From a virus (lineage: Duplodnaviria > Caudoviricetes), in the IMG/VR virus record IMGVR_UViG_3300043447_000346, positions 1 to 30,178 of that record: 30,178 nt of DNA. One strand, written 5' to 3'. Shown here one piece after another: positions 15,380 to 22,896 of the stretch. The notes under the pieces are model-generated. The model saw only the letters and a list, made by a program, of their open reading frames with translations. It searched no databases and was not told where the DNA came from. The translations under genes were made by a program, and so were the position numbers. Each line of letters begins with the position of its first letter. The first letter of the stretch is position 1.

Positions 15380-17581
15380 ATGGGTCTCGCTAATCTCAAG
15401 GGCCGCGTTGTCATCGACAATGCGGCCTCGCCCGCGCTGCAGCAGATCAAGCGCGATCTCGACGCGATTGCCAGTTCATCGAAGCGCATCAATTTTGCCG
15501 GGCTCAACTCGTTCGCGGCCAACGCGACGCGCTCACTACAACACCAGCTCGACCGCATGCAGAAAATGGCGGCGCCCGGTAGTGCGGCGCTCGCCGGCGC
15601 TGGCCTCGGCGTCCGTGGCGTCATCGAGCAGACCAAGGATTTCAACGAGGCCAAATTCGGCTACGGTTTCGCGCGGCTGAGTGACTACCTGAAAGACGGC
15701 AAGTTCGATCTGCAGGCGTGGCGCGCCGAGATGGACAAAACAGCCAAGGAGGTGCAGGCCAAGGCGAAGGAGGTCGGCACGCTGCCGGCGTACGTCATGA
15801 AGGCCCGCGAGGAAGTCGAGAAGCTCGGCTTCAAAGGCAACGAGTCGTCATCGATCTACGACGCGGCGCTCGGGCTGCATTTGTCCGAGCCGCAGAAGCT
15901 CGCAACGGGTCAGGCCGCGCAATTCATGGGCGCGGTCTATCGTGCCTTCGAGGGCGAGCGCAAAAAAACCGCCGCGCGCCTAGGCAAGGATGCCGAGGAC
16001 CCGGAATTCGTGCGCAGCTATATCCAGGGTCTCGCGGCCAAGGCGGCGATCGCCGGCGCGGAGTCGGCGCTTGGTCCGTCCGACGTCGTCGAGGGCATGC
16101 GCCAATACGCGCCGCAGTGGGCGGGGCTCGGCATCAGCTACGACTTCTCGCTTGCCGCACTCGCGCACGGCGCCAACTACGGGTTCCGCGCGCCGGAACT
16201 AGGCACCGCGTACAAGTCGATGGCCATGAAGGCGATCAAGCCGACCGCCGAAGGCATGCGCTGGTACAACCGCCTCGGCATCGACCGCTCAAAATATATG
16301 GACATGGACGTCGCCGATCCGAAGCGCGCGACCAATCAGCTCGACGCGCTGCTCGGCAATGCGCTCGGTAAAAACAACAAGCAGTGGCTCGAGCAGCAGC
16401 TGATCGTCGCGCAGAAAACGGGCGCGACGACCTCGCCGGAGTTTCGCGGCCAACTGATCAACAATCTCGAGAAGCGGCTCGGTCGTGGCTGGGTCGGCCG
16501 CCGCGCCGAGCTTGAAAGCGCGTACGACGACGCTTTCCTGGCGCCGACGAAATTCAAGGAAGGCGGGTTCGATGGTCTCATCCGCGAGATCATCAAGTCG
16601 AAAGCAGGTCCGGCCGCGCTCGGTACGATGTTCGAGGGGCGGCACATCGCACGTAACGACCCCATGTTTTCATTCTACGACAAAATGTACGCGCTATTCG
16701 AGAAGATCCAGGGCATCGACGGCTCATTCATGGATGCTGTGCTGGCGGGGCGCAAATCGAGTGAGGCCGGCAAGACGAGTGCGCTGCAGGGGTCGTGGGA
16801 AAACCTCATGATCCAGATCGAGCAGTCGGGCGGGATCATCGACAAGGTCAAGGAAAGCATCACGTCGTTCAATCAGTCGCTGGCGGCCATGCCGGCGGGT
16901 GCGTTGACGACGGCGGCGGGCGCCATCACGGCGCTTGCTGGTCTTGGTGTTGTCGGCGCTGCGGTCAAGGCGGCGCCCGTGGTCGGCGCGGGCGCACGCG
17001 CCGCGTGGTCTATGACGGGCATTCCCGCGCTCGCCGGCACTGCCGTCGGTGTCTACGGTGGCGCCAAAGTGGCAGGAAAGGTCAACGGGCTGTTCGGCGC
17101 TGGTGCGGCGAGTGCTGGCGCGGGTGGTGTTCTCGGCGTTGTGCGGCGGCTGGTCCCCGCGATCATGGCCGGCTACGTCGGCTACGAAGGCTATCAGGGC
17201 TACCAAAAAGACGGCTGGTGGGGTGCCGCCAAGGCGGCGGGCTGGGCGATCAATCCGCTGTCGATCTTCATGCCCGGCGCGGCCAACGCGGCGACGCCAG
17301 GCGCTGCCGGCGCTGACGCCATTCCCTCCCTTCAAGACGCCATGGCGTCGTTGCCGGCGGCGACGACGGAGATCGCGACGGCGGGCACCGACATGGCCGC
17401 GCAGATCCGCGCGGTCATGGCCGAGGTCGAGGCCGGATTCCGCAGCGGCACCGCGAGCGTCGTCGCTGCCCTCGACGAGGCCGCGGGCAACATCAGGGCC
17501 GCGGGCGCTGCGGCGGGCGGTGGCGGGCAGGGCCCGCTGCGCGTGCCGCTCAACACCGGCCCGACCATGCAGGGGAATTGA
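15380..17581 (+). CDS. Tail tape measure protein
   Basis: 733 aa; N-terminal DNAASPAL..I, TP901-like core (GMRQYAP..AGLGIS....AALA..ANYGFRAPELGTAYKS), C-terminal hydrophobic segments; GAGGG RBS. Confidence 0.9.
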   Translation: MGLANLKGRVVIDNAASPALQQIKRDLDAIASSSKRINFAGLNSFAANATRSLQHQLDRMQKMAAPGSAALAGAGLGVRGVIEQTKDFNEAKFGYGFARLSDYLKDGKFDLQAWRAEMDKTAKEVQAKAKEVGTLPAYVMKAREEVEKLGFKGNESSSIYDAALGLHLSEPQKLATGQAAQFMGAVYRAFEGERKKTAARLGKDAEDPEFVRSYIQGLAAKAAIAGAESALGPSDVVEGMRQYAPQWAGLGISYDFSLAALAHGANYGFRAPELGTAYKSMAMKAIKPTAEGMRWYNRLGIDRSKYMDMDVADPKRATNQLDALLGNALGKNNKQWLEQQLIVAQKTGATTSPEFRGQLINNLEKRLGRGWVGRRAELESAYDDAFLAPTKFKEGGFDGLIREIIKSKAGPAALGTMFEGRHIARNDPMFSFYDKMYALFEKIQGIDGSFMDAVLAGRKSSEAGKTSALQGSWENLMIQIEQSGGIIDKVKESITSFNQSLAAMPAGALTTAAGAITALAGLGVVGAAVKAAPVVGAGARAAWSMTGIPALAGTAVGVYGGAKVAGKVNGLFGAGAASAGAGGVLGVVRRLVPAIMAGYVGYEGYQGYQKDGWWGAAKAAGWAINPLSIFMPGAANAATPGAAGADAIPSLQDAMASLPAATTEIATAGTDMAAQIRAVMAEVEAGFRSGTASVVAALDEAAGNIRAAGAAAGGGGQGPLRVPLNTGPTMQGN

Positions 17582-17584
17582 TCG

Positions 17585-18256
17585 ATGTCCTGGCGCGACC
17601 AGCTGCAGCCCTGCTCGCTCGGCGGGGTGACGGCGCACGTCATCGATCGCAGCCACGAATTCGGCCGCCGCCACCACAATCACGAGTACCCGAAGCGCGA
17701 CGAGAATTTCGCCGAGGACATGGGCCGCGCCACGCGCAAGTGGAGCGTCAAGCTGTACTTGGTCGGCGACGACTACATGGCGCGCCGCGATGCGCTGATC
17801 GCCGTCTGCGAGCGCGAGGGGCCGCACAGCTACGTCGACCGCTGGGGCCGCTCGCACCTCGTCGTGGTCGAGCCGTCGTCGCTCAGCGAACACGAAAACG
17901 AAGGCCGCTATTGCACCTTCGATCTCAAACTCATGGCGGCCGGCGCCTCGCCCGTGACCGGCGTCGCCATCGCCGCCGTCGCGCAGGTGATCGGCGGTGC
18001 CTCGGCGGTGTCGGCGATGAGCATCGCGGCGTTCGCGTCGACGTATCTACCCGGCCAGCTGATCGACACGGCGCGGCTTTCCGCGCTGTCGGACCTTGGC
18101 GATCTCGCGGGCATCCTGCCGGGGCTCGATGCGATTGGCGCGCGCGCTGGCGCCGCGACCGTCATCGACGTCGATCTGACCGGCGCGGTGCGCGCGCTGG
18201 TGCCGGCCGCGCGTCTCGACCAGATCGGCCGTCTCGCCGTGCGAGGTGCCGGATGA
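17585..18256 (+). CDS. DNA circulation protein (Mu gpN/gp43-like), N-terminal part
   Basis: MSWRDQLQPCSLGGV, GRRHHNHEYPKRD..FAEDMGR, GDDYMARRDALI..CE.EGP. Confidence 0.88.
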   Translation: MSWRDQLQPCSLGGVTAHVIDRSHEFGRRHHNHEYPKRDENFAEDMGRATRKWSVKLYLVGDDYMARRDALIAVCEREGPHSYVDRWGRSHLVVVEPSSLSEHENEGRYCTFDLKLMAAGASPVTGVAIAAVAQVIGGASAVSAMSIAAFASTYLPGQLIDTARLSALSDLGDLAGILPGLDAIGARAGAATVIDVDLTGAVRALVPAARLDQIGRLAVRGAG

Positions 18257-18987
18257 CCTATCGCGGCACGCCGGACTATGTGCTTGACGGCGTGGTGCGC
18301 CTGCTCGGTATCGCCCTGCCGCTGATCGAGCGCGCGCCGGGCGCCATTGCCGATCCCGCCCTGTACAATGCCTATCGCGCGCGTGTGGCGGTGATGCGGC
18401 GTGATCCGCGCGCCGCCGCGCGGTCGCTCACGCTCGCCGAAGACCTTGCGGCCGTGCTGTCCAGCTATCGGCGCGCCGCGGGTGATCCCGCCGCTGCGTT
18501 CGCGGGCCTGGAACGGCTCGCCGTTGCGATGCGCGCCGCGCCGTTGTCGGCCGGAGACGCCGGCACGGCCCGGCTGCAGGCCGAGATCGAGTGGGCCTTG
18601 GCCGGTCTTATCGAGTGGTTGGCGGTGGCGGAGGCGGCACAGACGCTCGCGAGCATGACGATCACGTCGTACGACCACGCCGCCGCGCTGCGCGCGCGCT
18701 TTGCGCGCCTGATCGGGCTCGCGATCGAGCGCGCGTCGGATCGCGGTACGGTCGCCGTCGTGCGGCTGTTGACGCATCTCTCTGGCGCGGTCGCACGCGA
18801 TCTGATCGAGCGCGGCCGGCCGCTCGCGCGCCTCGTCGCGTATGAGACGGCCATCGAAGTGCCGGCCGTCGTGCTGGCACACAAACTCTATCAGGACGCC
18901 GGCCGCGCGCCGGATCTGATGGCCGAGAACGACAGTTACGATCACCCCGCGTTCATGCCGCGGGTCGGCCGGGCGATGTCGCGATGA
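18253..18987 (+). CDS. DNA circulation protein C-terminal part as a separate gene (244 aa)
   Basis: GAGGT RBS and ATGA overlap at 18253 (MTYRGTPDY); ends PAVVLAHKLYQDAGRAPDLMAEN...HPAFMP, typical of the gpN C-terminus. Confidence 0.78.
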   Translation: MTYRGTPDYVLDGVVRLLGIALPLIERAPGAIADPALYNAYRARVAVMRRDPRAAARSLTLAEDLAAVLSSYRRAAGDPAAAFAGLERLAVAMRAAPLSAGDAGTARLQAEIEWALAGLIEWLAVAEAAQTLASMTITSYDHAAALRARFARLIGLAIERASDRGTVAVVRLLTHLSGAVARDLIERGRPLARLVAYETAIEVPAVVLAHKLYQDAGRAPDLMAENDSYDHPAFMPRVGRAMSR

Positions 18988-20834
18988 TCGCGCTCGACCG
19001 CCTGCCCTACGCCATTCCCGGCGTCGTCCTCCTCACGGGCGGACGCCTGTATCGCGAGTGGACGAGCGTCGAGGTGCGCCGCTCGGTCAAGGAAATGGCC
19101 GGCGAATTCACGTTGCACGTCGAGGAGCGGTGGAGCGGTGGCGCGGGTGGGCCAGCGGCGCTCAGCAGCGCGCGCATCAGTCCCGGCGATCCGTGTCAGG
19201 TGTTTTACGACGGCGTGCTGGCCGTCACCGGCTACGTCGATGCGTACAATCCGCGCTATTCGTCGACCCATCACAGCGTCACCATCCAGGGGCGCAGCAA
19301 AACCGGGGACCTGTGCGACTCGTCCGTCGAGATCCCGAACGGCGAGATGCACGAGGTCACGCTGCCGCAGGCGATCCGCCAGGCCGTGTCGCCGTTCGGC
19401 ATCGACCTCGTCGTCGATGCCACGCTCAGCGGCGTCATCGATCGCGTGCGGCCCTATGCGGCCGAGACCGTGCATCGCTTCGTCGATCGCTACGCGCGCG
19501 CCGAGGGCGTCTGCGCCACCGACACGCCCGATGGCAAGCTGCGCTTGCTGCACGTCGAGGACAGCGCGCCGGTCGCGTCGCTGACCGAGGGCGTCAACAT
19601 CCTCGAGGCGAGCGCGATGCTGCGCGAGGATCAGCGCCACAGCGAGTACCAGGTGCTCGGCCAGGATCACGGCACCGACCGCGAATTCGGCCGGCCGGTC
19701 GCGACGCGCAAGAGCCGCGCCACGGACGGTCGCGTCAAGCGGCATCGCCCGCTGCGCCTGCTCAACGAGACCAAGACGTCACGCCGCCACGCGCGCTCGC
19801 GCGGGGCGTGGGAGGCGGCGCGCCGCGCGGGCGAGAGTGTGCGCGCCGAGATCAAGGTGGTCGGCTGGTTCGCGGCGCCGGGGCTGCTGTGGTTGCCGGG
19901 CCAGATCGTGCAGGTGGCGGCGCCGATGCTGGCGCTCGAGCGCACGCTCGCGATCGAGACGGTGACGCTGATGCAGTCCGAGCGCGGCACGCTCACGGCG
20001 CTCTCGCTGGTGCCGGTCGAGGCGCTCAATCCCAGAGCCGGTGCCCGCAAGGGCGACGGCGAGTGGGACGGCACCAAACCCGACGACGAGCCCGAGGACC
20101 TGACTGATGATGAGGGCTCGCGCGGCATGCAACTCGGCGCCGTGGGCGGTGGTGGCGGCAGTGGTGGTGGTGGTGGTGGTGGTGGTCCGTCGATCCCCGT
20201 CGCGATGACCGTTGCGGCGGCGAGCGGCGATTGGACGCCCGGTCAGGCCATCAGTCCGGTCACCATCACCGCGACGGGCGCAGCGCCGCTGAGTTTCGCC
20301 GCGCTGGGCCTGCCGGCGGGTCTCGTCCTCGCGGCGACGGGTGCGCTGTCTGCGACCATCACCGGCACCCCGACGGGGGCGATCAGCGATGCGCCCATCG
20401 TCATTCGCATTACCGACGCAGCAGGCGTCGCACACGAATTCAATTTCGCGCCCGGAGACATCATGCCCAAGTCGATCGCGGTCAAAATCGTCAATGGCGA
20501 CGTGACGGAGGTCGCAGGCGGCGTCAACGGGTTTGCGGCCAGCAAGCAAACCGATCAGTACGGCAACGGCGGGATCCGCTTTGACGAAACGGCGGCGGGT
20601 GACTACCTCGCGAAGGGGCACTTGTACGTCCACCCGACCGTGGATCTGGCGATCGCGCAGATCATCATCAACGGCGTCTACACACACGACCTCGGCATTA
20701 CGGCGGCGGCGCCTGGTCTCGGCACCGCGATCGTCGATTTCCATTTGCCGCTCAAGAACGTGCAGCCAGCGACGCTGATCACGTTCGGCAACCTGAAAAT
20801 GCACGGCATCCTCGAAATCATTAAGACCGGGTGA
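18984..20834 (+). CDS. Baseplate hub protein (Mu gpP/gp44-like) with a C-terminal Gly linker, Ig-like domain and unknown domain
   Basis: GRLYREWTSVEVRRS...AGEF, TGYVD...P, GRSKTGDLCDSS, LTEGVNIL, RHSEYQVLGQ, RHRPL, WEAARRAG, LWLPGQ.V.V; the ORF then runs about 240 aa further. Confidence 0.9.
   Translation: MIALDRLPYAIPGVVLLTGGRLYREWTSVEVRRSVKEMAGEFTLHVEERWSGGAGGPAALSSARISPGDPCQVFYDGVLAVTGYVDAYNPRYSSTHHSVTIQGRSKTGDLCDSSVEIPNGEMHEVTLPQAIRQAVSPFGIDLVVDATLSGVIDRVRPYAAETVHRFVDRYARAEGVCATDTPDGKLRLLHVEDSAPVASLTEGVNILEASAMLREDQRHSEYQVLGQDHGTDREFGRPVATRKSRATDGRVKRHRPLRLLNETKTSRRHARSRGAWEAARRAGESVRAEIKVVGWFAAPGLLWLPGQIVQVAAPMLALERTLAIETVTLMQSERGTLTALSLVPVEALNPRAGARKGDGEWDGTKPDDEPEDLTDDEGSRGMQLGAVGGGGGSGGGGGGGGPSIPVAMTVAAASGDWTPGQAISPVTITATGAAPLSFAALGLPAGLVLAATGALSATITGTPTGAISDAPIVIRITDAAGVAHEFNFAPGDIMPKSIAVKIVNGDVTEVAGGVNGFAASKQTDQYGNGGIRFDETAAGDYLAKGHLYVHPTVDLAIAQIIINGVYTHDLGITAAAPGLGTAIVDFHLPLKNVQPATLITFGNLKMHGILEIIKTG
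20145..20186 (+). repeat. (GGY)n Gly linker including (GGT)8
   Basis: Encodes GGGGGSGGGGGGGG inside the hub ORF. Confidence 0.85.
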
Positions 20835-20838
20835 CCTG

Positions 20839-21333
20839 ATGCAGCACACGCGGCACAGCGAGCAGATGATCATGGAGCGCGTGCAGCACATGATCGCGCG
20901 CGGCGTCATCCGTGACGTCGATGACAGCACCAAGGCGCAGATCGCGGGGCTCGAACTCGAAAACGGTTACCGCCCGACCAAAGTGGAGCACCTGCACCCG
21001 TATGGTCTGTCGACGCATCCGCGGCGCGGCGCCGAGGTCATCGCCCTCGCACTCGGCGGCGATCGCGATCACCTCGTCGTCCTGGCGACACCTGATCGCC
21101 GCTACCGCATCAAGGTCGCGGCCGGCGAGGTCGCGCTGCACGACGATCAAGGGCAGGTCGTGCACCTCAAGCGCGACGGCATCGAGCTCAAGTCGTCGCT
21201 ACGCGTCGTCATCGACAGCCCCGACATCAATCTCGGCGGTCTCAACGGCAAACCCGTTGCAGTGGAGGGCTCGATCGACTCCGCTGGCCACCCGATCACC
21301 GGCGCCATGGCGACGCGCGTGAAGGCGGTGTGA
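20839..21333 (+). CDS. Baseplate spike/assembly protein (Mu gp45-like)
   Basis: VEHLHPYGLSTHP..GAEVI.LALGGDRDHLVV...DRRYR....GEVALHDDQGQ.V.LKRDGI. Confidence 0.9.
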   Translation: MQHTRHSEQMIMERVQHMIARGVIRDVDDSTKAQIAGLELENGYRPTKVEHLHPYGLSTHPRRGAEVIALALGGDRDHLVVLATPDRRYRIKVAAGEVALHDDQGQVVHLKRDGIELKSSLRVVIDSPDINLGGLNGKPVAVEGSIDSAGHPITGAMATRVKAV

Positions 21334-21334
21334 G

Positions 21335-21820
21335 ATGACCGATATTCGCATCGTCTGGTCGCCGGAGCTGATGTCCGGCGACTGGCTGCTCGTCGCGCCC
21401 GTGCTCGACACTGGCCGCGCGCTCGCGACGGCCGCTGCTGTGGCAATCTTCACGCATCGCACGGCCCGCCGCGACGACCCTTTGCCGGGCGGTCCCGACG
21501 ACACCAATCGGCGCGGCTGGTGGGGCGATCACGAGGCGCGCGAGATCCACGATGCGCCGCCGATCGGCTGTCGCACGTGGCTGCTCAGCCGCGAGAAGCA
21601 GTTGCCGCAGACGCGGGCGCGCGCCGAGATCTACATCCGTGAGGCGCTCGACGAGCAGCTCGTGCGGCCGGGCGTCGTCGAGGGCTACGACCTCGTCGTC
21701 GAGTGGTTCCGTCCGCAGCATCTGGGCTGCGAGATCACATTTCATCGCGGCCCCGAGGGCTCGATCGCCGTGCGATTCGAGCGCCTGTGGGATCAGCTGA
21801 CCGACATGAGGACTCCATGA
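21335..21820 (+). CDS. Baseplate protein (Mu gp46-like)
   Basis: LATA..VAIFTHRTA..DD, RRGWWGD, IGCRTWLLSREK, RAEIYIREAL. Confidence 0.9.
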   Translation: MTDIRIVWSPELMSGDWLLVAPVLDTGRALATAAAVAIFTHRTARRDDPLPGGPDDTNRRGWWGDHEAREIHDAPPIGCRTWLLSREKQLPQTRARAEIYIREALDEQLVRPGVVEGYDLVVEWFRPQHLGCEITFHRGPEGSIAVRFERLWDQLTDMRTP

Positions 21821-22896
21821 CCTGGGCCATCCCGTCCCTGCGTCAGCGCCGCCAGCAGGTGCGCGATGCCATCGCCGCGACATTGCCCGGCGCCGATGCC
21901 AGCGTGCCTAACTCGGTGCTGCGCGTCGTCGGCGATGCGCAGGCGGCGCTGACCCACGACAACGATCTGCATCTCGGCTGGGTCGCGCGGCAGATGATGC
22001 CCGACACGGCCGAGGGTGCATTCCTGGATCGCTGGGCCTCGATCTGGCTGCCTGCCGGCCGCAAACCGGCGGCGCGCGCGCGCGGGCTTGTCACCATCAC
22101 CGGCACGGCCGGCGCCAGTGTTGCGACCGACCTGCAATTGACCGCGACCGTCTATGACGCCACCGGCGCGCCGCGCGCACTGACCTATCGTATCACCGAG
22201 GGCCGCAGCTTGACGGGGTCGTCCGTCGTAGCGCCGATCGAGGCCATCGCGCCCGGCGCCATCGGTAATCTCGACGAGGGTGCGCGTCTCGCATTTACGC
22301 TGCCTACGGCGGGCATTGATGGCCAGGCGACGGTGGCCGCACCCGGCCTCGCCGGTGGCGCCGACATCGAGACCGATCGCGACCTCACCGCGCGCATCAT
22401 CGACCGCATCCAGCGGCCGGCGCACGGCGGCGCGCGCACCGACTACGCGCAATGGGTGCTCGAGGTGCCGGGCGTCACGCGCGCCTGGGCGGTCAGCGAG
22501 TCGGCGGGGACGGTCACCGTGCGCATCATGCTCGACGGCGTGCGCCCTAATGGCCTGCCGCTGCAGGAGGACCTTGACCTGGTGCAGGCCTATCTGGTGT
22601 CGCTGCGGCCGGTGACGGTCGCGGATGTCTATGTCGTCGCGCCGATTCCGCAGCCCGTCGATATCGTCATCAGCAGCCTCGTCGGTGATACCGCGCAGAC
22701 GCGCGCCGCGATCTATGTCGAGCTGTCCGCGATGTTCCGCGCGCGCGCCGCGCCGGGGCAGATCGTCTACGCGAGCTGGATCCGCGAGGCGATCAGCGCT
22801 GCGACCGGCGAGGACCATCACGATATCACCATCGACAATGTCGTGCCGACGTCGCTCGGCCACCTGCCGACACTCGGCTCCGTGGCGGTGACCTGA
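21817..22896 (+). CDS. Baseplate J-like wedge protein (Mu gp47-like)
   Basis: ATGA overlap at 21817; PDTAEGAFLDRWA, GGADIETD..L..RI, PAHGG..DY.QW.LEVPGVTRAW, RPVT. Confidence 0.93.
   Translation: MTWAIPSLRQRRQQVRDAIAATLPGADASVPNSVLRVVGDAQAALTHDNDLHLGWVARQMMPDTAEGAFLDRWASIWLPAGRKPAARARGLVTITGTAGASVATDLQLTATVYDATGAPRALTYRITEGRSLTGSSVVAPIEAIAPGAIGNLDEGARLAFTLPTAGIDGQATVAAPGLAGGADIETDRDLTARIIDRIQRPAHGGARTDYAQWVLEVPGVTRAWAVSESAGTVTVRIMLDGVRPNGLPLQEDLDLVQAYLVSLRPVTVADVYVVAPIPQPVDIVISSLVGDTAQTRAAIYVELSAMFRARAAPGQIVYASWIREAISAATGEDHHDITIDNVVPTSLGHLPTLGSVAVT

Noticed and set aside
17578-18252. 469-aa ORF 17578-18987 as one gene
   Set aside because: Its first ~225 codons are an off-frame overlap of the gpN N-terminal gene; the plausible start is the RBS-preceded ATG at 18253.
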